Assembly (NCBI GenBank): GCA_002269645.1
Contig: NIVC01002163.1
Span: 133,560-197,559, forward strand
Origin: Macrostomum lignano
Taxonomy: Eukaryota
DNA: 64,000 nucleotides
Direction: 5' to 3'
Part shown: positions 36,741 through 51,040 of the stretch, piece after piece
Numbering within the stretch: the stretch's first letter is position 1
Layout: the number at the start of each line of letters is the position of its first letter
Program-made: the position numbers and the translations under genes
Notes under the pieces: generated by a model
Database searches by the model: none
The model's input: the letters and a program-made list of their open reading frames with translations, nothing else
What the model was told of the DNA's origin: nothing

Positions 36741-38004
36741 CGGTAAGCAATTAGCCGCAAGCAGCCAGCCATACAAATTGGCCGCAGGCAGGAAGCACTC
36801 TGAAAGCAGTTCAGAGAGGTCAACTTTGTCCAACTCATTAACCGAAATTAGCCCAGCCCCCACGGTAGGAGACAAAGAATGAGGAGTCCTGGCCGTGAGC
36901 TCACGCGGCAATGCCAAAGCCTGCCCCCAGCTCTGAGCAGTCTGGGGCGAAGACAGCGATGAGGAAATGCCTGACTTGCCGCTGCAGAGGTGCAGCGGGG
37001 CCCCCCCTGCGCACCTGCAGCAGCTTCTTCTGCTGCTGTTTCCTCCCTTGCACTGCCTCCGCTGCCAGCCGCAGTTGCACAAGAAGTGCGCAAAAAATTG
37101 GAGGGGAAAAATGCACGACAAGTTGTGGGTGGGGAATGGAGATATTGGGGAAAACTGTCATGGGATTCGTATTTGCTATCGGGGAGGGGGTTGTGTCCCC
37201 GTCTCGCGCTTCCCTCCCTGATCCCGCTCTGCGGCTTCATTTTCAGGCGGCCGTGAGTGCCAAGCAGCGCAGCTGGTCGCTCCTGATAGTCGCTTGTCTG
37301 TCGGATTGTCTGGTTTTTTGAAAGGCATTTTGATCCCCAGAGAGAGAGAGGAGACGGAGAGAAGGGGCAAGGGGGAGAGCTAGGGAAGATTCTCTCCTCA
37401 GGGGGGACTATCTGGAAGTCTTTTTCCCAGCCAAGCCCGACTGAAGTCCCAATTGGTAGGAGAAATATACTTGAGGTACCACGCGGCGCGAGCAAGCGTT
37501 TCTTACAAAAATTTAACCGATTGAGAGCGAGCCAGGTGCGCGAAGCTGCTTTTTCTAAGAAAAATTCCTTGTTCCCCGGTGTGTTTCGGGAAAGTTTCTG
37601 CTCGTTTCTTTCTCGCGCACCTGACATTATGGATAGTTCGAGAGAGTGGAGGAGCCAATGAATTCGGAGACTAAATGTTGCCTGTTGCCATGCAATTAGC
37701 AGCATAATTCGCTGAACCCTAAATCTTATAGTAATTATTTTGGCCCAATAAAGTCCTCATAAAAATTTTTTCGTCCTACTTTAGAGTGATCCCTAGCCCG
37801 AAAGATGCTTATCTGCAGCTTCTTGGTCAACGGAGCTCTCTGACTGCTTTTATTGGCGGCCGCACGTTAAAGCAGAAACTACGGCAGAGAAAAGAGTTGC
37901 AGGAACTGCTGGCGTCTGCAACTTCTATAGAACAATAATTACGAGTGTACTCGTAATTATTGTCAATGCAAAGTTATGTGCAGAAATTTGCTTGCAAGCA
38001 AACA

Positions 38005-38235
38005 CTACAAAGGGAGTGGGGGAGAGTGGGAGAGTGAAGGAAAGTTGTGGAGAGTGGGGAGAGTGGGGAGAATGGAGGAGAGTTGAGGAGAGTGGGGGAG
38101 AGTGGGGGGGGGGGGGGAGTGGGGGAGTGAGGGAGTGGGGGGAGTGGGGGAGAGTGGGGAGAGTGGGGGGAGTGGGGGAGAGTGGGAGAGAGTGGGGGGA
38201 TTGGGGGGGGAGTGGGGGAGAGAGCAGAGAGCAGA
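38005..38235. repeat. Purine-rich low-complexity GAGAGTGGGG repeat
   Basis: Directly visible G/A tract. Confidence 0.85.
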
Positions 38236-38744
38236 GAGTGGTTGCTGGTGGGGGAGACAGGCAGATAACGCAGTGCCCATATCAAAAGACCCCGCTGACA
38301 GCGCGCACAGCAGGACAAAAATGTGCACCCAGCTCGCATCCCGGTCGAGAAGAATGAAAGCGGACTACCCGCTTTGCCGAAAGATCTCAGACGGACTTCT
38401 CAGAACGCAACAGGAGAGTCGGCGGAGATGAGGAAGAATGAGCAGAGCTCAGCGGAACTCGGCAGGCTGGTGCAGCATTGAAGGAAATTGGCTCGCTGGG
38501 ATAATAAAGCTGTCAGGCCTGGTTGGTCAGCGCAAAAAACTCCCAATATTCCCCATCCTTATTCAGCGAGCAAATCCTGATCCCCTGCCCAGTTGCACTT
38601 CCCTTTAGCTGTTGACTTCCCTTGCTGGAGACTCGGGGATGAGTAATGGATTTGGGGACGAAGGAGCAATAGGGTGTGTTGAAGCTCGCGGCGTTGACTG
38701 ATGGCGGCGATTTTTGGTTTCTTTGGAATCCTTGATCCATGCTG

Positions 38745-38981
38745 GATTCAAGGACACTGAGGCAGATTCAAGGACACTGAGGCAGATTCAAGGACACTGA
38801 GGCAGATTCAAGGACAGTCAGTCTGTCAGTCAGTCAGTCTGTCTGTCTGTCAGTCAGTCAGTCAGTCAGTCAGTCAGTCTGTCTGTCTGTCTGTCAGTCA
38901 GTCAGTCAGTCAGTCAGTCAGTCTGTCTGTCAGTCAGTCAGTCAGTCAGTCAGTCAGTCAGTCAGTCAGTCAGTCAGTCAG
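38745..38981. repeat. 20-bp repeat x3.5 (GATTCAAGGACACTGAGGCA) followed by (CAGT/CTGT)n microsatellite
   Basis: Directly visible. Confidence 0.92.
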
Positions 38982-39399
38982 CATGCCGCAGCATCATCTG
39001 TCACGAATGCTTACGTCGGGCCAAGGGGTGAAGCTGTGTCCCTAATCCCTTTCAGTCCCAAATGCCCCTCAGTTCTCCCCAGCAGCATGCGACACCGAGG
39101 CGGCTGCTGCAGGCCAAGAGGTCGCGTCTGGGGTGACGCGCCACGAGAGAGTGATAAACAATTAGCGGCTTTGGCCGCAACTCTTCCCTCGCGCCCCTGA
39201 TGCCCATTTGCCTATTCCTTTTTCTTATCCCACATTTCCCATATTTAGGAGACCATGGTAACAAATTTGGTCACAGTCAAGTGTGGGAAAGTTTAAACCT
39301 TAAGTTTTCAAGGGATAAAACATTAGGGTGTGTAGTCAGTGCAGGACTGTTCGCAGTGCATCAGCAGCTGCGTGCCACTTTTAGGATTTTTTGTTAGGA

Positions 39400-39840
39400 G
39401 GTTCAAAGTGGCGTCTCCAACATACAAAATGTCGTCTCCAGCATTCAAAACAGCGTCTCCAGCATTCAAAACAGCGTCTCCAGCATTCAAAATGGCGTCT
39501 CCAGCATTCAAAATGGCGTCTCCAGCATTCAAAATGACATCTTTAACATTCAAAATGACGTCTTCAATATTCAAAAATGGCACTCCAAACATCAAAATGG
39601 CATCCTCAACAGTTTAAAATTGCATCACTAGCATTTCAAATGGCGTCTTCAATATTTATAATGGAATTTTCAACGTTCCAAAATGGCACTTCTCACATTC
39701 AAAATGGCATCTTCACCATTCCAAAATGGCACTTCTCACTTTCAAAATGGCATCTTCACCATTCCAAAATGGCACTTCTCACATTCAAAATGGCATCTCC
39801 AAAGTAAACAATGACGTCTCCAGCATTCAAAAGTGGCAAT
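39400..39840. repeat. Diverged 21-bp minisatellite (CAGCATTCAAAATGGCGTCTC)
   Basis: Tandem CAAAATGGC cores at 21-bp spacing. Confidence 0.88.
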
Positions 39841-40509
39841 TTTCAAGCTCAAAGCTGCTCAAATCCCGTATACAGGTTATTAAACTCGTCTCATCGCACG
39901 GCAAACGCGGTCTTAATTAAGAATCTCTAAATTTCCAGCTCCCATAGGGATGCCTCTCAGCCTCTCTCTCAGCCTCATCAACTCTTCGCCCAGCCCCTGG
40001 AGGAGTTGATTGAGTAGCCATCCAAGCTCAAGTTTTCAAGCTTAGCAGTGGCGAGCGAACAATGTAAAAAAATTAAGGTAGTTTTTTTTAAAGCCCGCCT
40101 CTCTTAACAGGTCCGCGCCTGGCTGGAGTGATGAGGTATTGATCGCTTCTCAGGCCTGGCCTACTGCCTGCTTTGTAGCCACACATCTACCTGCTAATCA
40201 GAGGTGTAGGACAAGAAACAGCACACCTGAGAGTGAGAGAGAGATGGCAATATCATAGTGTACTGGCTTGTGTATTACTTAGTACGAATATTATATGTGA
40301 AGGTAGGTGGTCAACCTAATTTCATTAAGTCTTATATACTTATTTATATATCAGGGATGCGCGCCAATTTCCTGATCTCTGATGCCCCAAGTTCCTGAAT
40401 GCTCTTAGACATTAATTTATAGACTTAGTAGGCCATTAGAGAGTATTGCAGCACTCTGTGTGCGGGAGTTGCTGCGGTTTGAAAGACTGCGTGAAGTTAA
40501 ATTTTGAGA

Positions 40510-42230
40510 GGGGGGAGGGGAGATGAGAGGCAGAGGGGAAGAGAGGAGACAGGCAGAGATGAGAGAGGCAGAGAGAGGAGATGAGAAAGGCAAAGAGGGG
40601 AGATGAGAGAGTTAGAGAGGGGAAATGAGAGAGGCAGAGTGGAAATATGAGAGATGAGAGAGGGGAGATGAGAGGCAGAGAGGGGATATGAGAGATGAGA
40701 GAGGCAGAGGCAGAGAGGAGATATGAGAGATGAGAGAGGCAGAGGCAGAGAGGGGATATGAGAGATGAGAGAGGCAGAGAGGCAGAGAGGGGGGAGATGA
40801 GAGGCAGAGAGGGGAGATGAGAGAGGCAGAGAGGGGAGATGAGAGAGGCAGAGAGGGGAGATGAGAGGCAGAGAAAAGAGATGAGAGGCAGAGAGGGGAG
40901 ATCTGAGAGGCAGAGAGGGGAGATGAGAGAGGCAGAGAGGGGAGATGAGAGGCAGAGAGGGGAGATGGGAGGCAGAGAGGGGAGATAAGAGAGGCAGAGA
41001 GGGGAGATGAGAGGCAGAGAGGGGAGATGAGAGAGGCAGAGAGGGGAGATGAGAGAGGCAGAGAGGGAAGATGAGAGAGGCAGAGAGGGGAGATGAGAGG
41101 CAGAGAGGGGAGATGGGAGGCAGAGAGGGGAGATAAGAGAGGCAGAGAGGGGAGATGAGAGGCAGAGAGGGGAGATGAGAGAGGCAGAGAGGGGAGATGA
41201 GAGAGGCAGAGAGGGGAGATGAGAGAGGCAGAGAGGGGAGATGAGAGAGGCAGAGAGGGGAGATGGGAGGCAGAGAGGGGAGATAAGAGAGGCAGAGAGG
41301 GGAGATGAGAGGCAGAGAGGGGAGATAAGAGAGGCAGAGAGGGGAGATAAGAGAGGCAGAGAGGGGAGATGAGAGGCAGAGAGGGGAGATGAGAGAGGCA
41401 GAGAGGGGAGATGAGAGAGGCAGAGAGGGGAGATGAGAGAGGCAGAGAGGGGAGATGAGAGGCAGAGAGGGGAGATGGGAGGCAGAGAGGGGAGATAAGA
41501 GAGGCAGAGAGGGGAGATGAGAGGCAGAGAGGGGAGATAAGAGAGGCAGAGAGGGGAGATGAGAGAGGCAGGGAGGGGAGATGAGAGAGGCAGAGAGGGG
41601 AGATGAGAGAGGCAGAGAGGGGAGATGAGAGAGGCAGAGAGGGGAGATGAGAGAGGCAGAGAGGGGAGATGAGAGAGGCAGAGAGGGGAGATGAGAGGCA
41701 GAGAGGGGAGATGGGAGGCAGAGAGGGGAGATAAGAGAGGCAGAGAGGGGAGATGAGAGGCAGAGAGGGGAGATAAGAGAGGCAGAGAGGGGAGATGAGA
41801 GAGGCAGGGAGGGGAGATGAGAGAGGCAGAGAGGGGAGATGAGAGAGGCAGAGAGGGGAGATGAGAGAGGCAGAGAGGGGAGATGAGAGAGGCAGAGAGG
41901 GGAGATGGGAGGCAGAGAGGGGAGATGAGAGGCAGAGAGGGGAGATGAGAGAGGCAGAGAGGGGAGATGAGAGAGGCAGAGAGGGGAGATGAGAGAGGCA
42001 GAGAGGGGAGATGAGAGAGGCAGAGAGGGGAGATGACAGAGGCAGAGAGGGGAGATGAGAGAGGCAGAGAGGGGAGATGGGAGGCAGAGAGGGGAGATGA
42101 GAGGCAGAGAGGGGAGATGAGAGAGGCAGAGAGGGGAGATGAGAGAGGCAGAGAGGGGAGATGAGAGAGGCAGAGAGGGGAGATGACAGAGGCAGAGAGG
42201 GGAGATGAGAGAGGCAGAGAGGGGATATGA
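40510..42230. repeat. Purine-rich 20-22-bp minisatellite (GGCAGAGAGGGGAGATGAGA[GA])
   Basis: Near-pure G/A strand over 1.7 kb; explains the Leu/Ser/Pro ORFs at 40436-42599. Confidence 0.95.
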
Positions 42231-43099
42231 CAACGGGGGAGATTCGGGCAGTTTAAGAGAGCCAATATAGTAAAATTGAACCTGATGCACGGAGCGCGCA
42301 AGCCCGGGGAGAGTGGGGGAAATAGGGGATTGAAGAGATGGGAGATTTCGACTGGAAGAAGCAGGTAGAGCAGAGAGAATAGGGGCAGGACATGGGCCGG
42401 GCGACAAAATTTGGAATTTTTTTCTGCTTTTAGAGAAGCAATGGAAGTGACAGAAGCAAGCAGCTTTTTTGTTCTTCTGAAAGCAGAAAATGGGGCTATG
42501 ACTCTCTGTTTTGGCATCTTCCTGTACTCCGTCTTGCGCCTGCCTGTCTTTCTGTGTCTCTCGATGCGCAGCAACTGATAGCATTGGGGCGGACATCAAT
42601 CAAGCCGGACATCGCAGAGTCGCAGCTATAAACAAAACACATTGCTAAATGGCGCGAAATTAGCGGCACTTTGGCTGCTACCAGCTACCAGTTTTAGGCC
42701 GCTGACTGACTGACAGCGCCATCTGACGTGCGCTGTGGGGCGGGCCTTCTGCCCTGCCCTCAGCATCAGCCAGCCTGATCTCTACTGGTTCCATCAGAGC
42801 CTACAGCAGCAGTCTCTGCTCTCTCTGGCAGAAGCTGAATCCGGCACAAGCTGACCACCGTAGGGCATGTAAGCCTGCGTCTTCTGTCTCTCTAAACCAT
42901 TGCATTGTTGAATTATTAATGCGTTAGGGATCTCCGCATTGCATTCAGATGCTGTATGCGCCTTTCATTGGCGGTCTCTCGGGGGGCATTTTACAGTTGA
43001 GTCAGTTTCGCTTCTGCTTGGATAACGGAGAGCAGCACTCCTGAGTCTGCCTGCCTGCCTAAATGTCTTTGTATCTGTCTTACTGCCTGTCCAACTGCC

Positions 43100-43490
<391 letters not shown>

Positions 43491-44009
43491 CTATCTGAGA
43501 GACTACTGCATCAATTGAAAAAGCTTTTAAAAGCTGAGTAGTGGATTTGAAATGGGGGATTTGAGTCGCACAAGGCTCTGAGAGCCGGTTTTTTACAAGA
43601 GCACAGAGGGATTAATCGCGTATTGAATTAGCAGCCGACAGAGGGCGCCGAAGAAGGCAGACAAGCATTCGATTAAAAATGAAAATTACGAGAATAATAA
43701 AGAGGAATACTGGGCCCAGTTGCGTGACGATCAGCTGCATAGCCGCAATTCTGGGACAAGAGTTTCTATTAAATTTGTTCGCCGCCAGAATTTTTGCCAG
43801 CAGGGAAGCGCAGGCCGGAGGCGCAAGTCGGTCGGTCAGCAAGAGTAAAAACAAAATATGCAAAACGCACTGGGACAGAAATTTTGAAAAAAAAATTTCC
43901 ACCGTTGATTATTTTTTGGGTTAAATAAAGGAATAGTCTGCTTGCTTCCTGTAAAAATTCAAATTTTCCTTGTTTCCCATGAGTCTGGCTTAACGCCAAG
44001 GACCTGCCG

Positions 44010-44526
44010 CATCCCCAGCTTCATCATAGTCTATCCCAGCTTCATGATAATCTATCCTAGCTTCATCACAATCTGTCCTAGCTTCATCATTATGATTAGC
44101 TTCATCAGAATATATCCTAGCTTCATCAGAATCTATCCTAGCTTCATCATAGTCTATCCTAGCTTCATCAGAATCTATCCTAGCTTCATCATAGTCTATC
44201 CTAGCTTCATCATAATCTATCCCAGCTTCATGATAATCTATCCTAGCTTCATCATAATCTGTCCTAGCTTCATCATAATCTATCCTAGCTTCATCATAAT
44301 CTATCCTAGCTTCATCATAGTCTATGCCAACTGCATCATAGTCATCCCAGCTATCATAATCATTATAGTCATTCCAGTCTTATCATGCTCATCTTAACCC
44401 TAACTCCCTCTAAGCCTAACCATACTCATCCCAGTTTCACCAAGCTCACCCCAGCCCCAGCCTCACCATACTCACCCCAGCTTCATCATGCTCACCCCAG
44501 CTTCTCCATACTCATCCCAGCCTCAC
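44010..44526. repeat. 21-bp minisatellite (TCTATCCTAGCTTCATCATAA) grading into CTCACCCCAGC units
   Basis: Tandem units, degenerating towards a minus-strand GTGAGG donor-like site at 44526. Confidence 0.9.
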
Positions 44527-44974
44527 CATATTGAGTCTCCTAGCAGCGGCAGCGAACTCAGCATAGCTACTGCTGCAGCTGCACAGATCGTCCTCGCAGG
44601 TTCCAGCAGCCGGAGCGCCAGCCGTGGAAAGATGGCTGTGCTGCATCCTCCGATCCAGAGTATTTTGACCGATCTCGAGGTGGACTTTAGAAGTGTCTCA
44701 GATCTTCAATCTTTTATTGAACACAAATATCAGGCATAATTTAATTTCCGAAGATCCCTCTCGATCTAATGCGACAATGACTTGGGATTATCCCCCTGCT
44801 CAGGCAGTATAAAATGGGTCGGCGAGAAGGAATTATTGGCTGCCGCTGCCATTGGCTGGGCGCTTGGGCAGCCAATTGGTTCTGCAGTATCAATGCATTA
44901 TGCTGCACCTCCTGTATGCGGCTTTCTGGCGCCCAAGTATGAGGTTAGCCAGCCTAGGTAAGTATTGTGTAGAT

Positions 44975-45540
44975 TGGATTGCGGTTTGGTAGATTGGTGG
45001 AGCGGTTTGGTAGATTGGATGCGCGGTTTGGTAGATTAGTGGAGCGGCTTAGTAGATTGGATGAGCGGTTTGGTAGATTGGTGGAGCGGTTTGGTAGATT
45101 GGATAAGCAATCTGGTAGATTTCAGGAACGGTTTAGTAGATTGGAGTAGCGGTTTGGTAGATTGGATTGGATAAGCAATCGGGCAGATTGGAGGAGCAGT
45201 TCGGTAGATTGGAGAAGCGTTTGGTACATGGCTGGAGCGGTTTGGTAGATTGGATAAGCAATCTGGTAGATTGTAGGAGCAGTTTGGTAGATTGGTAGAG
45301 CGGTTTGGTAGATTTGATAAGCAATCTGGTAGAGTGTAGGATCAGTTTGGTAGATTGGTGGAGCGGTTTGGTAGATTAAAGGAGCAGTTTGGTAGATTTT
45401 TGGAGCGGTTTGGTTGATTGGATAAGCAATCTGGTAGATTGGATGAGCGATTTGGTAGATTGGATGAGCGGTTTGGTAGATTGGTGGAGCGGTTGGCAAA
45501 TTGGGTCAGCGGTTTGGTAGATTGGTGTGGTAGATTGGAT
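44975..45540. repeat. 21-bp minisatellite (GAGCGGTTTGGTAGATTGGTG)
   Basis: Tandem GGTAGATTGG cores at 21-bp spacing. Confidence 0.92.
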
Positions 45541-46029
45541 GTGCCAGTAGGAGCGGCTGTTAGGTGCATCTAGACAGGAAAAAATATGTAGGGCGGCTAA
45601 GCGACAGGAATTCGGCCACGATTTCATAGCCGAAGTTCAGGCACAGTGCGCATGACACTCTGCGGCCTTTCAACCTCGCGCTATCGACAGATCTGCTTCT
45701 GCAGTCAGCCTACTAAGGCGACTTCTGCAGCTCATGCTTTCGAAAGCAGAAGTGCGCAATAAACAGACTGCGCCTCCATACGTTCGATCTCCCCTGTTTA
45801 CATCGCCATCACTCATCGTTTTCCTTGCAAGCGTCTGCTTCTGCCTTCTTCAAAAAAGGAAATTCCACAGTTTACAACTAAAAGCATCCACCGGACTGTC
45901 ACTGGGCAGCAGTGAATATCCAAGACGGTTTGAAATTTTCGATCAATTCCAGCTCCCCAAGCGCGAGTCACCACGTTGGGGATAAACAGCCTTCGTGTCA
46001 GACAAGATTGCTTGGAAATAGAAGCGAGC

Positions 46030-47075
46030 CAGGGATCTTGAGCACTTCTCAGTCTCGACACTTCCCAATCCTGACACTTCCAATCCTGACACTTCCAATC
46101 CTGACAATTCCAATCCTGACACTTCCCAATCCTGACACTTCCCAATCCTGACACTTCCAATCCTGACACTTCCAATCCTGACAATTCCAATCCTGACACT
46201 TCCAATCCTGACACTTCCAATCCTGACACTTCCAATCCTGACAATTCCAATCCTGACAATTCCAATCCTGACATTTCCAATCCTGACCATTCCAATCCTG
46301 ACAATTCCCAATTCTGCCAGTTCCGATCCTGACAATTCCAATCCTGACATTTCCAATCCTGACAATTCCTATTCTGACAATTCCTATTCTGACAGTTCCT
46401 ATTCTGCCAGTTCCAATCCTGACAATTCCAATCCTGACATTTCCAATCCTGACATTTCCAATCCTGACAATTCCTATTCTGACAATTCCAATCCTGACAA
46501 TTCCCAATTCTGCCAGTTCCAATCCTGACACTTCCAATCCTGACACTTCCCAGTTCTGCCAGTTCCAATCCTGACAGTTCCAATCCTGACATTTCCAATC
46601 CTGACAATTCCAATCCTGACAATTCCTATTCTGACAATTCCTATTCTGCCAGTTCCAATCCTGACACTTCCAATCCTGACACTTCCCAGTTCTGCCAGTT
46701 CCAATCCTGACATTTCCAATCCTGACAATTCCAATCCTGACAATTCCAATCCTGACAATTCCTATTCTGACAATTCCTATTCTGCCAGTTCCAATCCTGA
46801 CACTTCCAATCCTGACACTTCCCAGTTCTGCCAGTTCCAATCCTGACATTTCCAATCCTGACAATTCCTATCCTGACATTTCCAATCCTGACAATTCCAA
46901 TCCTGACAATTCCTATTCCGACAATTCCAATCCTGACAATTCCAATCCTGACAATTCCAATCCTGACAATTCCTATTCTGACAATTCCAATCCTGACAAT
47001 TCCAATCCTGACAATTCCAATCCTGACAATTCCTATCCTGACATTTCCAATTCTGACGATTCCGATCCTGACACT
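46030..47075. repeat. 15-bp satellite (TCCTGACA[C/A]TTCCAA), same family as 33495-34620
   Basis: Shared TCCTGACA core and same orientation. Confidence 0.95.
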
Positions 47076-47989
47076 TTCTATCCTGGCCCGAAAGGACGAT
47101 TTATTGAATATCCAGACGTGGACTTGAAACGCAAAGGACAATAAATAAAAAATAAATAAAGTCGATAAAACCAATAGCACAGGTAATTTTGTTATCGAAG
47201 TGCCCGTGTCTGTTAAAGTGCACAAACGATCACTACAATCTCGATCTGGATGGCGGACAGACGGTTAACAGATTGAAAAAGTGATCACCATGAGCAAAGA
47301 AAGGTCTGTCTCAATCAGAACTGTCAGGGACGCAACTGTCAAGTTCTGCATAGGCTATGCGTGTTTATTTGCAATATGAAATATGAAATGACAAAGGGAG
47401 CACACGCACTCACGCATAGGTGAAGCTGGGGATGCTGGGCCACAGATGAGGCGGGATATCTATAGAAAACTGGTGAGTGCCGGGCTTCGGATGGAGCACA
47501 TGCACACAAGATTATAAATACAGTAAAATGAGCAATGCATAGCAGTAATATATTATACTTATTAACAGTAGTATCAGCAGCAGTAGTAAAAAAAGATAAA
47601 AAAGTCAGCCATGTGCCAGTCTTTCACTCCCAGTCCTGTGCAGCTATGAGCATTCTCAGTTGGTGTTATTATTTAAACATTTTGGAAGAATTTCTAAAAA
47701 ATCATAAAAGCCACAACGCAGAGAAATTGTCTTCTGCAGGACAACTAGGCGCTGCAAGCAGACCTAGAATAGACCTACTGTCAAAACTCTTTGAAGTTAG
47801 TTGCTATGCAAATTTAGTAGCTGAGCAGAGCGCTGGTAAAAAGTCGAAACATTTTTTCTGACAAATTTATTCGCAAAAGGCAATATGTAGTACTACAATG
47901 AGTAGGTACACTTTTAGTGAAATTATAATGCCGGTAATTGACCAAACTCAATGGGGGTCAGAGGCCACTTTCTAGGGATTAAGGGCTGA

Positions 47990-50900
47990 CTCTCATGGGG
48001 TCAGAGGGCGACTCTCAGATGGGGTCAGAGGGCGACTCTCAGATGGGGTCAGAGGGCGACTCTCAGATGGGGTCAGAGGGCGACTCTCAGATGGGGTCAG
48101 AGGGCGACTCTCAGATGGGGTCAGAGGGCGACTCTCAGATGGGGTCAGAGGGCGATTCTTATGGGGTCAGAGGGCGACTCTCTTATGGGGTCAGAGGGCG
48201 ATTCTCTTATGGGGTCAGAGGGCGACTCTCAGATGGGGTCAGAGGGAGACTCTCAGATGGGATCAGAGGGCGACTCTCAGATGGGGTCAGAGGGCGACTC
48301 TCAGATGGGGTCAGAGGGCGACTCTCAGATGGGGTCAGAGGGCGACTCTCAGATGGGGTCAGAGGGCGACTCTCAGATGGGGTCAGAGGGCGACTCTCAG
48401 ATGGGGTCAGAGGGCGACTCTCAGATGGGGTCAGAGGGCGATTCTCTTATGGGGTCAGAGGGCGACTCTCAGATGGGATCAGAGGGCGACTCTCAGATGG
48501 GGTCAGAGGGCGACTCTCAGATGGGGTCAGAGGGCGACTCTCAGATGGGGTCAGAGGGCGACTCTCAGATGGGGTCAGAGGGCGACTCTCAGATGGGGTC
48601 AGAGGGCGACTCTCAGATGGGGTCAGAGGGCGACTCTCAGATGGGGTCAGAGGGCGACTCTCAGATGGGGTCAGAGGGCGATTCTCTTATGGGGTCAGAG
48701 GGCGACTCTCAGATGGGATCAGAGGGCGACTCTCAGATGGGGTCAGAGGGCGACTCTCAGATGGGGTCAGAGGGAGACTCTCAGATGGGGTCAGAGGGCG
48801 ACTCTCAGATGGGGTCAGAGGGCGACTCTCAGATGGGGTCAGAGGGCGACTCTCAGATGGGGTCAGAGGGCGACTCTCAGATGGGGTCAGAGGGCGACTC
48901 TCAGATGGGGTCAGAGGGCGACTCTCAGATGGGGTCAGAGGGCGACTCTCAGATGGGGTCAGAGGGCGACTCTCAGATGGGGTCAGAGGGCGACTCTCAG
49001 ATGGGGTCAGAGGGCGATTCTCTTATGGGGTCAGAGGGCGACTCTCAGATGGGGTCAGAGGGCGATTCTCTTATGGGGTCAGAGGGCGACTCTCAGATGG
49101 GGTCAGAGGGAGACTCTCAGATGGGATCAGAGGGCGACTCTCAGATGGGGTCAGAGGGCGACTCTCAGATGGGGTCAGAGGGCGACTCTCAGATGGGGTC
49201 AGAGGGCGACTCTCAGATGGGGTCAGAGGGCGACTCTCAGATGGGGTCAGAGGGAGACTCTCAGATGGGATCAGAGGGCGACTCTCAGATGGGGTCAGAG
49301 GGCGACTCTCAGATGGGGTCAGAGGGCGACTCTCAGATGGGGTCAGAGGGCGACTCTCAGATGGGGTCAGAGGGCGACTCTCAGATGGGGTCAGAGGGCG
49401 ATTCTCTTATGGGGTCAGAGGGCGACTCTCAGATGGGGTCAGAGGGCGACTCTCAGATGGGATCAGAGGGCGACTCTCAGATGGGGTCAGAGGGCGACTC
49501 TCAGATGGGTCAGAGGGCGACTCTCAGATGGGGTCAGAGGGCGATTCTCTTATGGGGTCAGAGGGCGACTCTCAGATGGGGTCAGAGGGAGACTCTCAGA
49601 TGGGGTCAGAGGGAGACTCTCAGATGGGATCAGAGGGCGACTCTCAGATGGGGTCAGAGGGAGACTCTCAGATGGGGTCAGAGGGCGACTCTCAGATGGG
49701 GTCAGAGGGCGATTCTCTTATGGGGTCAGAGGGCGACTCTCAGATGGGGTCAGAGGGAGACTCTCAGATGGGATCAGAGGGCGACTCTCAGATGGGGTCA
49801 GAGGGCGACTCTCAGATGGGTCAGAGGGCGACTCTCAGATGGGGTCAGAGGGCGATTCTCTTATGGGGTCAGAGGGCGACTCTCAGATGGGGTCAGAGGG
49901 AGACTCTCAGATGGGGTCAGAGGGCGACTCTCAGATGGGGTCAGAGGGCGACTCTCAGATGGGGTCAGAGGGCGACTCTCAGATGGGGTCAGAGGGCGAT
50001 TCTCTTATGGGGTCAGAGGGCGACTCTCAGATGGGGTCAGAGGGCGATTCTCTTATGGGGTCAGAGGGCGACTCTCAGATGGGGTCAGAGGGAGACTCTC
50101 AGATGGGATCAGAGGGCGACTCTCAGATGGGGTCAGAGGGCGACTCTCAGATGGGGTCAGAGGGCGACTCTTAGATGGGGTCAGAGGGCGACTCTCAGAT
50201 GGGATCAGAGGGCGACTCTCAGATGGGGTCAGAGGGCGACTCTCAGATGGGGTCAGAGGGCGACTCTCAGATGGGGTCAGAGGGCGACTCTCAGATGGGG
50301 TCAGAGGGCGACTCTCAGATGGGGTCAGAGGGCGACTCTCAGATGGGGTCAGAGGGCGACTCTCAGATGGGGTCAGAGGGCGACTCTCAGATGGGGTCAG
50401 AGGGCGACTCTCAGATGGGGTCAGAGGGCGATTCTCAGATGGGATCAGAGGGCGACTCTCAGATGGGGTCAGAGGGCGACTCTCAGATGGGGTCAGAGGG
50501 CGACTCTCAGATGGGGTCAGAGGGCGACTCTCAGATGGGGTCAGAGGGCGACTCTCAGATGGGGTCAGAGGGAGACTCTCAGATGGGGTCAGAGGGCGAC
50601 TCTCAGATGGGGTCAGAGGGCGACTCTCAGATGGGGTCAGAGGGCGACTCTCAGATGGGGTCAGAGGGCGACTCTCAGATGGGGTCAGAGGGCGACTCTC
50701 AGATGGGGTCAGAGGGCGACTCTCAGATGGGGTCAGAGGGCGACTCTCAGATGGGGTCAGAGGGCGACTCTCAGATGGGGTCAGAGGGCGACTCTCAGAT
50801 GGGGTCAGAGGGCGACTCTCAGATGGGGTCAGAGGGCGACTCTCAGATGGGGTCAGAGGGCGACTCTCAGATGGGGTCAGAGGGCGACTCTCAGATGGGG

Positions 50901-51040
50901 TCAGAGGGCGATTCTCTTATGGGGTCAGAGGGCGACTCTCAGATGGGGTCAGAGGGCGATTCTCTTATGGGGTCAGAGGGCGACTCTCATGGGGTCAGAG
51001 GGAGACTCTCAGATGGGGTCAGAGGGCGACTCTCATATGG
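47990..51040. repeat. 24-bp minisatellite (ATGGGGTCAGAGGGCGACTCTCAG), ~125 units, 3 kb
   Basis: Highly homogeneous tandem array with a few single-base deletions; source of the 398-1024-aa repeat ORFs. Confidence 0.97.

Noticed and set aside
40436-42599. 712- and 700-aa Leu/Ser/Pro ORFs
   Set aside because: Complement of a purine-only minisatellite, where stop codons are absent by composition.
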